Made by a program: the position numbers and the translations under genes. Below, one piece after another: positions 19,989-30,512 of a stretch of DNA of 64,000 nucleotides. The number at the start of each line of letters is the position of its first letter. Position 1 is the first letter of the stretch. Under the pieces are notes generated by a model. That model saw only the letters and a program-made list of their open reading frames with translations, made no database searches and was not told where the DNA came from. Source of the stretch: an uncultured Bacilli bacterium (GTDB lineage Bacteria > Bacillota_I > Bacilli_A > RF39 > UBA660). Location of the stretch: contig CATBQD010000009.1 in NCBI GenBank assembly GCA_949505625.1, forward strand, positions 476-64,475, read 5' to 3'.

Positions 19989-21740
19989 ATGCCTTTGATA
20001 AGCCCAGAAGAAATTAATCGCATAAAAAATAGCAATGATATTGTAGATACAATATCAAAGTATATTCCACTTATACCAAAAGGGAAAAATTTTTTTGGAG
20101 TTTGTCCATTTCATGAAGATCATTCTCCTAGTATGAGTGTTTCCAAAGAAAAACAAATTTATACTTGTTTTTCATGTGGCGCAACAGGGAATGTTATTAA
20201 ATTTATTGAAGATTATGAAAATATCAGTTTCATGGAGGCGTTAAAAATATTGGCAGATAGAGCTGGAATTGTATTGTCAATAGGCACTATTCAAAACAAA
20301 GGAATAGATAAAAATGGCCCTCTTTATGACATTTATGACTTGAGTTCTAAATTTTATCACAACAATATTAATACGACATTAGGAAAAGCAGCAAAAGAAT
20401 ATTTAAAACAAAGAGATATTGATGAAGCTATTATTAAAGAGTTTGGAATCGGTCTGGCCTTAAAAAAGCATGACATGTTATTGAACCTTCTTGTCAATAA
20501 AAAGTTCGACATGAATCTTCTTATGAAAAGTGGATTGGTGGTTAGAAATGAGCATGGCTATTTAGATTCTTATTATAATCGTATTATGTTTCCTTTGTGG
20601 GATATTACAGGAAAAGTAGTAGGATTTAGTGGAAGAATTTATAATGGTGAAAAAGATGCTCCAAAATATATTAATTCTAAAGAATCTGAAATTTTTAAAA
20701 AAGGAGAACTATTATATAACTATCATCGAGCAAAAGATGAGGCCAGAAAGGAAAATAAAGTCATTATTATGGAAGGCTTTATGGATGTTATTAGAGCTTA
20801 TACAATTGGAATAAAAAATGTAGTTGCTATGATGGGAACAGCTGTTACAAAAGAACAAGCATTACTTATAAAACGGATGGCAAAAAATATTGTTCTTTGT
20901 TTTGATGGAGATCGAGCTGGAGAAAAAGCTACTTTGTCTTGTTCGGAAGAACTATTAAAAGTCGGGGTAACCCCTAAAATTGTTCATTTAGAAGAAGATT
21001 TAGACCCAGATGAGTATATTAGTAAATATGGAAAAGAAAGATTTCTGGGAAAACTTGAAAATCCAATGAATGTTATGGATTTTAAATTATCTTATTTCAA
21101 AAAACAGAAAAATTTATCTAGTGAGCAAGATGTTGCTAAATATGTTAGTGATGTATTAGAGGAATTAACAAAAATAGATGATGAAATTTTAAAAGAACTA
21201 ACACTTAGAAAAATCAGCGAGGAAGCAAAATTAGATGTTGAATTCTTGAAAAAACAATTGGCGTCAAAAGAAGCTCCAAAAAAAGTAGAAGAAAAGAAAA
21301 TTCAAAAGAAAAAAATGAATAAATATGATAAAGCACAAATGTATTTATTATATTATATGTTAAGAAGCAAAGAAGTTATACGCTTGTATAATCAAAAAAT
21401 TACATTTATGCCTACAGAACAATATCGTAATTTAGCATTTCATATTAATTATTATTATAAGCTTTATGGTGATATTAATATATCATCTTTGATTGATCAA
21501 TTTGAAGATAACAGAGAATTGATCAGAACATTAGGAGAAATTGAACAATTAAGTTTAAAAGAGAATTATACAATTGATGAAATAGAGGATTATTTAAATA
21601 CTATCAAGGAATATAATATTAAAAACGGACAAGCAGAGTTGCAAAGAAAATTAAAAGAAGAACGAGATATAAAAGAAAAAGTGAGAATTGCAAATGAAAT
21701 ACTTGCATTAAAAGTAAGGAGAGACGAAAATGATAAATGA
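19989..21740 (+). CDS. dnaG: DNA primase DnaG
   Basis: CHC2 zinc finger [47 protein letters not shown]...CFDGDRAG. The ATG at 19989 follows GGGAG. Confidence 0.9.
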   Translation: MPLISPEEINRIKNSNDIVDTISKYIPLIPKGKNFFGVCPFHEDHSPSMSVSKEKQIYTCFSCGATGNVIKFIEDYENISFMEALKILADRAGIVLSIGTIQNKGIDKNGPLYDIYDLSSKFYHNNINTTLGKAAKEYLKQRDIDEAIIKEFGIGLALKKHDMLLNLLVNKKFDMNLLMKSGLVVRNEHGYLDSYYNRIMFPLWDITGKVVGFSGRIYNGEKDAPKYINSKESEIFKKGELLYNYHRAKDEARKENKVIIMEGFMDVIRAYTIGIKNVVAMMGTAVTKEQALLIKRMAKNIVLCFDGDRAGEKATLSCSEELLKVGVTPKIVHLEEDLDPDEYISKYGKERFLGKLENPMNVMDFKLSYFKKQKNLSSEQDVAKYVSDVLEELTKIDDEILKELTLRKISEEAKLDVEFLKKQLASKEAPKKVEEKKIQKKKMNKYDKAQMYLLYYMLRSKEVIRLYNQKITFMPTEQYRNLAFHINYYYKLYGDINISSLIDQFEDNRELIRTLGEIEQLSLKENYTIDEIEDYLNTIKEYNIKNGQAELQRKLKEERDIKEKVRIANEILALKVRRDENDK

Positions 21741-22818
21741 AATTAAAAGTTTTGAAGAAAGAAAACAAGAATTAGTCAAAAAGGGAAAAGAAAAAGGATT
21801 TATTAGCTATGAAGAATTAGCTGTTGCTTTAAAAGGGTTAGATTTAGATGCAGATGCTTTAGATGAACTATATAATTTGTTTACTGAAAACAATATTGCC
21901 ATTGTTTCTGAAGATGAAAGCGAAGGTGGAAATGGTGGAAGTGTTGATAAAATTTTATTAGATGATAATGCTTTAACCAAAGATCTAACAATTAATGATC
22001 CTGTTAGAATGTATTTAAAAGAGATTGGTCAAATTAAATTATTAAGTATGGAAGAAGAATTAGAATTGTCTGATCGTATTCGTGAAGGCGATGAACAAGC
22101 AAAAACAATTTTGGCAGAAGCTAATTTGCGTTTGGTTGTTAGTATTGCAAAAAGGTATGTAGGAAGAGGTATGCTTTTTCTAGATTTAATTCAAGAAGGA
22201 AATATTGGGTTAATGAAGGCTGTTGATAAATTTGATGTATCAAAAGGATTTAAGTTTTCTACTTATGCGACTTGGTGGATTAGACAAGCAATTACAAGAG
22301 CAATCGCTGATCAAGCTCGTACAATTCGTGTACCAGTACACATGGTGGAAACGATTAATAAATTAGCTCGTGTTCAAAGACAACTTACATTAGAATTAAA
22401 TCGTGAACCGAGCGAAGAAGAATTAGCAAAAAAAATGAATGTTTCTGTTGATAAAATTCGAGATATTTATAAAATTTCACAAGAGCCAGTTAGCTTAGAA
22501 ACGCCAATTGGTGAAGAAGATGATTCACATTTAGGTGACTTTGTTCCAGATGAAAGAAATATGAGCCCTGAGGAATATGCAACGAATGAAATGCTAAAAG
22601 ATGAAATTTCTGAAGTACTTCTTACTTTAACAGAAAGAGAAGAAAAAGTGATTCGTTTGCGTTTTGGATTAGAAGATGGAAAATCTAGAACGTTAGAGGA
22701 AGTAGGACAAATGTTTGGAGTTACACGTGAACGCATCAGACAAATCGAAGCCAAAGCATTAAGAAAACTTCGCCATCCCTCACGTTCTAGAAAATTAAAA
22801 GATTATATGGGGGATTAA
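21730..22818 (+). CDS. sigA: RNA polymerase sigma factor RpoD/SigA
   Basis: Region 2.x [34 protein letters not shown]. Region 4.2 [29 protein letters not shown]. Canonical dnaG-sigA operon. Confidence 0.95.
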   Translation: MINEIKSFEERKQELVKKGKEKGFISYEELAVALKGLDLDADALDELYNLFTENNIAIVSEDESEGGNGGSVDKILLDDNALTKDLTINDPVRMYLKEIGQIKLLSMEEELELSDRIREGDEQAKTILAEANLRLVVSIAKRYVGRGMLFLDLIQEGNIGLMKAVDKFDVSKGFKFSTYATWWIRQAITRAIADQARTIRVPVHMVETINKLARVQRQLTLELNREPSEEELAKKMNVSVDKIRDIYKISQEPVSLETPIGEEDDSHLGDFVPDERNMSPEEYATNEMLKDEISEVLLTLTEREEKVIRLRFGLEDGKSRTLEEVGQMFGVTRERIRQIEAKALRKLRHPSRSRKLKDYMGD

Positions 22819-23471
22819 TGAAACTATCAAAACGATTACAAACCATTGCAGATATGATACCAGATGGTGTTCGTGTGATTGATGTTGGATGCGATCATGC
22901 CTTGTTAGATATTGATCTAACTCTAAGAGGAAGTAACGAATGTATTGCGAGTGATATCAATGAAAACGTACTAAGAAAGACGAGAGAAATGATAGAAACT
23001 TATCAATTGCTAGATAAAATAAAAATGATAAAGAGTGATGGTTTAACAGAAATTAATTTAGAATCAGATGATTTTGTAGTAATTGCTGGAATGGGAACTT
23101 CTACAATCTTAAAGATTTTGGAAGAAAAAAAACCTACACAAATGATCATTCAAAGTAATAATGATTTAGAAGAATTGCGTAGAAAGCTTTCAAGTAGATA
23201 TGGTTTTTCAATTATTGACGAACAAGTTGTTTTAGAAAAAAATATTTATTATATTATCATGAAACTAAAAAGAAAAAATGTTTATTATAATGATAAAGAA
23301 TGCTTGTTTGGACCAATTCTGATTACTAAAAAAGATAGCTTAACGAAAAATTATTTTGAATATTTGTTAATGAGAAAAAAGAAAATCATAGATTGTCTAC
23401 CTATAAATAATAAAGAGCGAAAAAAAATTATGATAGAAATTTCTTATTTGGAAGATATTTTAAAAGGATAA
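22818..23471 (+). CDS. trmK: tRNA (adenine22-N1)-methyltransferase TrmK (YqfN-like)
   Basis: [34 protein letters not shown] matches the TrmK N-terminus. It sits downstream of sigA as in Bacillus. Confidence 0.7.
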   Translation: MKLSKRLQTIADMIPDGVRVIDVGCDHALLDIDLTLRGSNECIASDINENVLRKTREMIETYQLLDKIKMIKSDGLTEINLESDDFVVIAGMGTSTILKILEEKKPTQMIIQSNNDLEELRRKLSSRYGFSIIDEQVVLEKNIYYIIMKLKRKNVYYNDKECLFGPILITKKDSLTKNYFEYLLMRKKKIIDCLPINNKERKKIMIEISYLEDILKG

Positions 23472-23495
23472 CACTGTTATCTTTTTTTTTATAGA
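23467..23495 (+). terminator. Terminator after trmK
   Basis: GATAA CACTG TTATC followed by T9. Confidence 0.45.
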
Positions 23496-23548
23496 TTTAA
23501 TCATTTTGGAAATACTAATAAAGAAAAAACTGTTAGGATTTAACAGTT

Positions 23549-23935
23549 TTAAGCAAAAAAAGTGGGACCTACATCATTGGTAGAAGTTTGTTTTGATATA
23601 GTGTCTGTAATATTTTTTGAGTAGTGATTTTGCTCTAGTGTTTGAGGTTTTTGTTCTTTTATATCCACTTTTTTGAACTCATTCATAACTCTGAACATTG
23701 TTTTTGCATTTTTCATCATTGGTGATACTTGTTTTACAACTGGAATTGCTTGGTTTACAAAATTTAGTGTTCTTTGTGCTCCATTTAGGAGACTAGAAAA
23801 ACTAAAACCTCTGCCAATACTACTTCCTAATAAATTTGTTGTAGGGGCAGAAAGTGTGCTGTAAGGATATAGAAAATAAGGGTTATAGTAATTCATGCTA
23901 GTACTCCTTTCTAAGTTATTATATGAATTTGTCAA
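23549..23935 (-). CDS. YqfQ-like (VrrA family) protein
   Basis: The central region NFVNQAIPVVKQVSPMMKNAKTMFRVM resembles the conserved YqfQ core. YqfQ is the neighbour of sigA-yqfN in Bacillus. A 10-bp-stem hairpin (AAAACTGTTA/TAACAGTTTT, 23527..23551) at its 3' end acts as its terminator. Confidence 0.5.
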   Translation of the reverse strand: MTNSYNNLERSTSMNYYNPYFLYPYSTLSAPTTNLLGSSIGRGFSFSSLLNGAQRTLNFVNQAIPVVKQVSPMMKNAKTMFRVMNEFKKVDIKEQKPQTLEQNHYSKNITDTISKQTSTNDVGPTFFA

Positions 23936-23942
23936 AAAAAGT

Positions 23943-23970
23943 TTTACAAAATCAAAATATGTGGTATAAT
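23943..23970 (+). promoter_or_regulatory. Sigma-A-type promoter for the pilC-pilD operon
   Basis: TTTACA - 16 nt - TGTGGTATAAT (extended -10) about 50 bp upstream of pilC. Confidence 0.5.
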
Positions 23971-24017
23971 CTTTATAGTATAAAAGAGTAGAGGAGATTG
24001 GAAGGTGTTCTTTTGTT

Positions 24018-25913
24018 ATGAATATGTTAAAACAGCTGGTTATGACTCCGGTCTATTTAATTAAATGGTTTTCATTAGGCTTCTTTTTTACTATGTGGTT
24101 TTTTATTTCTACAGTTGTAAATGTGGTTGGCTTTATTGTTATGTACCCATCTTATGTGGTTTATAAGATTGTTAGGTTTACAGTAAATGTTGTGGGAAAA
24201 TTAGTGTTATTTTTATCATATGGAGTGTATAGAATTGTAAAACTAATTTTCTTCCCAGTATTAATATTAGTAAAGCCAAAAGCGAAACCAGGAGTAAATA
24301 CAGTATCAGCAGCGAAATCAGAAAAAGCAGTTAAAGTTGATGCTAAGAAACTAAAAAAGGCAAAAGCATTAGAGGAAAAACAATTACGAATCGAAAAAGA
24401 AAAAGAGGAAAAAGCTAGACTTGCTGAAGAACGTAAAAAAAGAAAAAAACGTGAAAATGAATCATATGTTAATGAAAATGTTACAAGAGAAAAGAAAAGT
24501 TTTGGAGATAAAATAAATGATGCCTTACTTCATATGGGGAAAGCTCCAAAACGTATGGTTGAGGGCATTCAAAAACGTTGGAATAATACATCTTTTGTAA
24601 AAAATGCTAAAAATAAAAAAGACATTAATCGTCAAGCATTATTGATTAATTTTGAAGGTGATGATGCTAAAAAATCTGATAAGAAATTGATGTATGAATA
24701 TGAAGGAAAAAATGTAGAAGGAAAAATTGTAAAAGGCTATTTTGAAGCTTATTCAAAAGTAGAAGTTCATTCATTCTTATTAAGTGAAGGATTTGAAGTT
24801 TATAGCATCAAAACAAATAAGCTAATTCAGTTATTACATAGTAATGCTACTGGAAATACATCTAAGATGAAAGTCAAAGATATGATTTTCTTCTTAACTC
24901 AGCTTTCTACTTATATTAAAGCTGGAATTCCATTGGTTGATTCATTAAAAATATTAACTAAGCAATTTAAAAATAAAACATATCAACGTATTTTTAGAGC
25001 AATGATTTATGATTTGACAATGGGAGAAAATTTTAGCTCCGCTTTAGAAAAACAAGGTAATGCTTTTCCAAGATTGTTAATTAACATGGTAAAAGCATCA
25101 GAAATGACTGGAGAACTTCCTGAGGCATTGGATGATATGGCAGATTATTATACTGAAACTGAAAGAACAAGAAAACAAATGATTAGTGCTATGATGTATC
25201 CAAGTATTGTATTTGTAGTAGCAGTGGCAGTAGTAACATTTATCTTGTTATATGTAGTACCAAAGTTTGTAGAGATCTATAAAACAATGGATGAAGCTTC
25301 TATTCCAGAATTTACAAGGTTTGTATTAGCTGTTAGTGATTTCTTACAATCATATTTTGTATGGATATTAATTGGCTTAATTGTATTTATATTGGTTGGA
25401 AGATATTTATATCATAATGTAAAAGTAATTCGTACAATGATTCAATGGACAATTATGCATTTACCAGTATTTGGGAATGTCATTATCTATAATGAGGTTA
25501 CTATGTTTACAAAAACGTTTAGTTCTTTGTTAGCACACAATGTATTTATTACAGATAGTATGGAAGTTTTAAATAAAATAACAAATAATGAAATTTATAA
25601 AATGTTAATTTTAGATACAATCACGAACTTAGCAAAAGGTGAAAAAATATCAGAGGCATTTAAAGACCACTGGGCATTTCCTCTTCCCGCTTATGAAATG
25701 ATTGTAACAGGAGAAAAAACTGGACAATTAGCTGAAATGATGGCAAAAGTATCTAGTTATTATCAAGATTTACATGCCAATGCAGTTACTAGAATCAAAT
25801 CTTTCCTAGAACCTGTATTAATTATTTCGCTAACTGTAGTTGTAGGATTTATCGTATTAGCAGTTGTTATTCCAATGTTTAATATGTATTCTTCAATTCA
25901 AGGAATAAGTTAA
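24018..25913 (+). CDS. Type IV pilus / T2SS platform protein PilC/GspF/ComGB family, with an unusual ~230-aa N-terminal extension
   Basis: C-terminal two T2SS-F repeats (..LLINMVKASEMTGELPEALDDMADYY.. and ..EMIVTGEKTGQLAEMMAKVSSYY..). The N-terminus has 2-3 TM helices plus a K/E-rich coiled-coil, which is not typical for PilC. Confidence 0.8.
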   Translation: MNMLKQLVMTPVYLIKWFSLGFFFTMWFFISTVVNVVGFIVMYPSYVVYKIVRFTVNVVGKLVLFLSYGVYRIVKLIFFPVLILVKPKAKPGVNTVSAAKSEKAVKVDAKKLKKAKALEEKQLRIEKEKEEKARLAEERKKRKKRENESYVNENVTREKKSFGDKINDALLHMGKAPKRMVEGIQKRWNNTSFVKNAKNKKDINRQALLINFEGDDAKKSDKKLMYEYEGKNVEGKIVKGYFEAYSKVEVHSFLLSEGFEVYSIKTNKLIQLLHSNATGNTSKMKVKDMIFFLTQLSTYIKAGIPLVDSLKILTKQFKNKTYQRIFRAMIYDLTMGENFSSALEKQGNAFPRLLINMVKASEMTGELPEALDDMADYYTETERTRKQMISAMMYPSIVFVVAVAVVTFILLYVVPKFVEIYKTMDEASIPEFTRFVLAVSDFLQSYFVWILIGLIVFILVGRYLYHNVKVIRTMIQWTIMHLPVFGNVIIYNEVTMFTKTFSSLLAHNVFITDSMEVLNKITNNEIYKMLILDTITNLAKGEKISEAFKDHWAFPLPAYEMIVTGEKTGQLAEMMAKVSSYYQDLHANAVTRIKSFLEPVLIISLTVVVGFIVLAVVIPMFNMYSSIQGIS

Positions 25914-25940
25914 CAAAAAGAGAGTAGAGGAGTAAGTACT

Positions 25941-26717
25941 ATGGAATTATACTATGCAATTACATTCTTTATATTTGGAACTATTTTTGGTTCTTTCTAT
26001 AATGTTGTTGGGTATCGATTACCAAAAGGAGAATCAATTTTGTATCCTCCTTCCCATTGCCCAAATTGTAATCATAGGTTAGGACCATTAGAACTTATTC
26101 CTATATTCTCTTTTTTTATACAAGGAAGAAAATGTGTAAGTTGCCATCAAAAGATTTCTTGGTTTTATCCAATCTTTGAGTTTAGTTGTGGTTTGTTGTT
26201 TGCAATTGCTTATTTAGTTTTTGGTTTATCGTTAGAACTTGTAATTGCACTTACTTTTATTTCTATGTTGTGCATTATTGTATTAAGTGATTATGAGTAC
26301 ATGATTATTTCGGATGAAGTTTTAATATTTTTCAGTATTGCCCTTATGGTTGAATTTCTAATAAAAGATGGCCTTGCTGCTACTGGAATGCATTTATTGG
26401 AAGGAATTTTAGCATTCTTTACTATGTGGGGAATAAAAAAAGTTGGAGATTTTATGTTTAAAAAAGAATCTATGGGTGGTGGAGATATTAAGTTAATGTT
26501 TGTGTTTGGCTTAGTTTTAGGATATCCTCTTTCTATAGTTTCTATCTTTGTTGGATCAATTATTGGCCTACCAATTTCTTTAATTATTGTAGCTAAAAAG
26601 AGTAATCATGAAATTCCATTTGGCCCATTCTTAAGTGCAGGGGCTTTAATTCTACTATTATTACAAATTGATTTTAATGAAATAATAAAAGCAATGGAAA
26701 CTTTATTATTAATATAG
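25941..26717 (+). CDS. Prepilin peptidase (A24 family; PilD/ComC)
   Basis: Zn-binding CPNCNHRLGPLELIPIFSFFIQGRKCVSCHQKI, the active-site region GGGDIKLM, and polytopic membrane topology. Confidence 0.85.
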   Translation: MELYYAITFFIFGTIFGSFYNVVGYRLPKGESILYPPSHCPNCNHRLGPLELIPIFSFFIQGRKCVSCHQKISWFYPIFEFSCGLLFAIAYLVFGLSLELVIALTFISMLCIIVLSDYEYMIISDEVLIFFSIALMVEFLIKDGLAATGMHLLEGILAFFTMWGIKKVGDFMFKKESMGGGDIKLMFVFGLVLGYPLSIVSIFVGSIIGLPISLIIVAKKSNHEIPFGPFLSAGALILLLLQIDFNEIIKAMETLLLI

Positions 26718-26787
26718 AACTAATAGGTTCTTTTTTTATATATAAAAAGATATGTATTTACATATTAACGTTGTAAGATAAAAGAAA

Positions 26788-26815
26788 AAGAAGCAAATTT
26801 TCGTTTTTGCTTCTT
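26788..26815 (-). terminator. Terminator of pilB (minus strand), overlapping its stop codon
   Basis: AGAAGCAAA / TTTGCTTCT 9-bp perfect stem with an 8-nt loop. On the minus strand it is followed by TTTTTCTTTTATC. Confidence 0.55.
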
Positions 26816-28379
26816 ATAAAGAATCTAAATCAACATCTGCTGCTTGCATCATAATTTCATCAATACTACGTACAGCATTTGTTGGAGTAGTTGTTCTTTC
26901 CCTTGTCATAGTGCTTCTACTCGGGGTAGAGCTATTAACTGCTGGTCGTGATGGCATTTCTCTAGATGGTTGTTGTGGACTAACAGGTCTTGGTTGAACT
27001 GGTCTAACTGGCGTTTGCCCACTCATTGCTTCAGTCTCTGTTCTTCTTATCTGGCCTTCAGCAGGTCTTTGAACTGGACTTGTAGGTCTTGGAGTAGCAG
27101 TTCTATTAGGATTTTTATTTGGTTCTATAGAACGATGTGTGGAATCTGTATAGTCAAGCGCTGTTTTTAAATCAAATGATCCAGCCAAATTATCATCATC
27201 ATCTAATTCAATTAATTTTAAGATTTCTTCAAATGTTGTTAATCCTTTTTCAACTTTTTCAAGTCCATCTTGAAGTAGAGTAATTACATCAGTATTATAT
27301 ACTAATCGACGTAAATCCTCTTTGCGCATATCTTGACTGATTGCATCTTTAATTTCTTGATTGATTAATAATACTTCATGAATAGCAATTCTTCCTTTAT
27401 ATCCATTTCCGCATTCAGGACAGCCTTCTACAGAATAAACTTCATTTACTTCATGCCCTAAAACCTTTCTAAATAGATCTTTTTCATATTGATTGGTTGG
27501 TCTTTTAGAACGGCATTTTGGACATAATTTACGAGCTAATTTCTGAGAAATGATTCCTTCTAAAGCACTTGATAATAAGTAACGCTCTACATCCATATCA
27601 AGTAAACGCTCAATTGTGTTTAATGAGTTATTGGTATGGATTGTTGATAATACAATGTGGCCTGTAATAGAAGCACGAACTGCAATTTTAGCAGTTTCTG
27701 TATCACGAATTTCTCCAACCATAATAACGTTAGGGTCTTGACGCAAAATAGAACGTAAAGCAGTTGCAAAGTCTAGTCCAATTTCAGAGTTTGTTTGAAC
27801 TTGATTGATACCCTCGATATCCATTTCTATTGGGTCTTCAACAGTAACGATATTTGTATCTTCGTTATTTAATTTTTGAAGAATAGAGTATACAGTTGTA
27901 GATTTACCACTTCCTGTAGCTCCAGTTACTAGGATAATTCCATTAGGAACGCTAATCATTTTTAAAACCTTTTTATAATTTTCTTCACTAAATCCCAAAT
28001 TTTCAATTCCACTTAAACTCATTGAGTAGTCTAGAATACGAATAACAATTTTTTCTCCTTCACTTGTTGGTAAACAAGAAACACGAAGGTCCAAGTTAAC
28101 TCCCTGTAAAGTTGCTTTGATTGCACCATCTTGTGGAAGTCTAGATTCTGTAATGTTCATTCCAGAAATAATTTTGATACGTGTAACTAAGTTCTTTTTA
28201 ATTGTATTAGGAACTTCAGCATAGTCAATTAACGCACCATCAATACGAATTCTGATTTTCATGAACTCTGCATGAGGATCAAAGTGAATATCGCTGGCAC
28301 CTCTTTTAGCAGCATCAACCATAATCTCGTTTACTACCTCAACAACAGGCATTTTTTCAAAATCAAATTTTTTTAACAT
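26814..28379 (-). CDS. Type IV pilus assembly ATPase PilB/GspE/ComGA family, with a Pro/Ser/Thr-rich C-terminal tail
   Basis: Walker A VTGATGSGKSTT. Tetracysteine CPKC...CPEC. The last ~120 aa are low complexity (RTATPRPTSPVQRPAEGQ...PVRPVQPRPVSPQQPSREMPSRP). Confidence 0.85.
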   Translation of the reverse strand: MLKKFDFEKMPVVEVVNEIMVDAAKRGASDIHFDPHAEFMKIRIRIDGALIDYAEVPNTIKKNLVTRIKIISGMNITESRLPQDGAIKATLQGVNLDLRVSCLPTSEGEKIVIRILDYSMSLSGIENLGFSEENYKKVLKMISVPNGIILVTGATGSGKSTTVYSILQKLNNEDTNIVTVEDPIEMDIEGINQVQTNSEIGLDFATALRSILRQDPNVIMVGEIRDTETAKIAVRASITGHIVLSTIHTNNSLNTIERLLDMDVERYLLSSALEGIISQKLARKLCPKCRSKRPTNQYEKDLFRKVLGHEVNEVYSVEGCPECGNGYKGRIAIHEVLLINQEIKDAISQDMRKEDLRRLVYNTDVITLLQDGLEKVEKGLTTFEEILKLIELDDDDNLAGSFDLKTALDYTDSTHRSIEPNKNPNRTATPRPTSPVQRPAEGQIRRTETEAMSGQTPVRPVQPRPVSPQQPSREMPSRPAVNSSTPSRSTMTRERTTTPTNAVRSIDEIMMQAADVDLDSL

Positions 28380-28477
28380 TTAAAAATTCATCCCCTTTTA
28401 TTCTTTTGGACTAGCTTTTATCCTGAATCTATTATATAATACTATTAGAATAAATTCAAGTACCGTGGGAGGAGTTT

Positions 28478-28975
28478 ATGAAAAATTTAAATAATAAGGG
28501 GTTTATGTTGACAGAAACGTTGGTAGTTGCAGCATTTGTGATTGCAACATTAGTATTTTTATATACACAATTTAGAACTGTAAATAGAAGTTATAGTACA
28601 AGTTTTAAATATAATAACGCTGAGGAATTATATGCTCTTGGGAATATGAGTGATTATTTAAAACTAAATGGAATTAGTATGGCAGGCTCAATTGTAACTT
28701 CTAGTTCTGAACATTATTTAGACATTACTAGTTGTAGTGACAGTTTTTTATCAGAAACAAATTATTGTAATGCACTTGTAAATACATTGGGAATTAAGCA
28801 AGTGATAGTTGCAGAAGAAAATTTGGATGCCTTGAAATCCGCGATAAAATCTAATAATCGTTTATCAGAAGATATGAAAGATTTCATTTCTGTAATTAAG
28901 TATGATAAAACTGGAACGAGTTATCGAATTATTGCAGAATTTACAAATGGAACTTTTGCAACTATTACAATATAA
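28478..28975 (+). CDS. Prepilin-type N-terminal cleavage/methylation domain protein (minor pilin/pseudopilin)
   Basis: MKNLNNKGFMLTETLVVAAFVIATLVFLY (G/FMLTE motif). Confidence 0.7.
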   Translation: MKNLNNKGFMLTETLVVAAFVIATLVFLYTQFRTVNRSYSTSFKYNNAEELYALGNMSDYLKLNGISMAGSIVTSSSEHYLDITSCSDSFLSETNYCNALVNTLGIKQVIVAEENLDALKSAIKSNNRLSEDMKDFISVIKYDKTGTSYRIIAEFTNGTFATITI

Positions 28976-28986
28976 GGAGGGGTAAC

Positions 28987-29493
28987 ATGAAGAATCAAAA
29001 AGGGTTTACATTAGTAGAATTAATTGCGTCTTTTACACTTGCACTTGTCATCATGTTTTTCTTATTTCAAATAGTAATTACTGTAAAAGAACTTTATGTA
29101 TCATCAGGATTAAAAACAGAAATGCTTATTAGACAAGCTAATTTAGAACGTCAAATCGGTTTAGATTTTAAAGAAAAAGTGCTAACAAAAGTGGCTGCTT
29201 GTGGAACTGATTGTTATAAGCTTACTTTTGGCGATAATTCAATAAAAGAATTAAAGGTAGATAGAAATAAAAATACAGTTTCTTATGGAGCTTATCAAAT
29301 TTCTATTCAAGATGGTAGTAAAATTGGAAATTTTACCATCACCAAAAACACAATTTCTGGGGTATCTAGTGGAAAAAATAATACAATTCTATTAATTGAT
29401 ATTCCAATTACAAATAAAGTAGTAACAGGAAGAAATTTTGGAGTTCATATGGTTTACCAGTATGATAGTAGAAACATTAATATTGGTTTATAA
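28987..29493 (+). CDS. Prepilin-type N-terminal cleavage/methylation domain protein (minor pilin/pseudopilin)
   Basis: MKNQKGFTLVELIASFTLALVIMFFLF (G/FTLVE motif). Confidence 0.7.
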   Translation: MKNQKGFTLVELIASFTLALVIMFFLFQIVITVKELYVSSGLKTEMLIRQANLERQIGLDFKEKVLTKVAACGTDCYKLTFGDNSIKELKVDRNKNTVSYGAYQISIQDGSKIGNFTITKNTISGVSSGKNNTILLIDIPITNKVVTGRNFGVHMVYQYDSRNINIGL

Positions 29494-30468
29494 CAATAAG
29501 ATCCAAAAATCAAATAAGAAAAAAACTAAAATTGAAGCAAGTAATGCATGAATGACTCTAGCCACTAAAAATGGAAAATATCTAATTTTAGTAGAGCTGA
29601 TGATGCTGATTACTTGCATGTGGACAGAAAGTCCACCAAAGGAAAGTATCATAGCAGTTAAGATACTTTTTAATTTTAATGGAATATTTAGAACACTAAC
29701 ATATTTTAAACCTTGGGTCATTTCTACAAATCCATTTAAAATACTTTGATTATAATTGTTAAGTTGGATATTCTTATCAATAATTGTTGTAATAACCAAA
29801 AAAGTAGTTACTGTTCCTAAAATTAATAATAGAGTTGAAATACTATTTTGAAGTGCTTTCGTTAAAATTTGCCCAAAATTAGAAGGATTATTCATTCGTT
29901 TTTGGTGCATGGAACAGATTGCTTTTTTTAAAGATATAGAACTACTTTTTTCATTTGTTGGGTAAAAGTTTCGAAATAGTACTCCGATGATGATATTACT
30001 TACATAATGACAAAGTAAGATTAAAAGTCCAACTTCTTTGTTATTTAAAAATAAAATAGCAACTGTTCCTAATATGAATAATGGATTAGAAAAACAAGTA
30101 AACATTAAAATTTTAGTTCCTTCTTTTTCATCAATAAATCCTTGTTCTAATAACTCTTTTGTGTATTTTGCGTTAGATGGAAATCCTGATATAATGCTCA
30201 TAACGAATATAAATGCACAAGAACTGCTTGTTTTAAATAGACGAACCATAATGGGCTTTAATAGTTCTCCACATAATTCTATAAAACCATAGTTCATTAA
30301 TATTTCAGATAGCACGAAAAAAGGAAAAAGAGATGGGAAAATATTTTCTTTCCATATACTAAAAGAAAATGTTACTGATTCTAAAATAGCCACTCTTTCT
30401 GTTAATATTTGAACTCCAATAAAAATTAATAAACCCATTATAATAATGCTTACATATGTTTTTTTCAT
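29488..30468 (-). CDS. ylbJ: YlbJ-like sporulation integral membrane protein (nucleoside-recognition/Gate domains)
   Basis: WKENIFPSLFPFFVLSEILMNYGFIELCGELLKPIMVRLF matches the conserved YlbJ N-terminal Gate region. RBS AAAGGAGAAAG. Divergent from a ylbL-like gene, as in Bacillus. Confidence 0.6.
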   Translation of the reverse strand: MKKTYVSIIIMGLLIFIGVQILTERVAILESVTFSFSIWKENIFPSLFPFFVLSEILMNYGFIELCGELLKPIMVRLFKTSSSCAFIFVMSIISGFPSNAKYTKELLEQGFIDEKEGTKILMFTCFSNPLFILGTVAILFLNNKEVGLLILLCHYVSNIIIGVLFRNFYPTNEKSSSISLKKAICSMHQKRMNNPSNFGQILTKALQNSISTLLLILGTVTTFLVITTIIDKNIQLNNYNQSILNGFVEMTQGLKYVSVLNIPLKLKSILTAMILSFGGLSVHMQVISIISSTKIRYFPFLVARVIHALLASILVFFLFDFWILLL

Positions 30469-30512
30469 AACTTTCTCCTTTTGATGATATAATTTTAGAA
30501 GAGGTGATACAG

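Noticed and set aside
20629-20814. 61-aa plus-strand ORF inside dnaG (alternate frame)
   Set aside because: It is out of frame within the conserved primase. Spurious.
22467-23864. ORFs 22467..22754 (minus, inside sigA) and 23673..23864 (plus, inside the yqfQ-like gene)
   Set aside because: Both are antisense to well-supported conserved genes.
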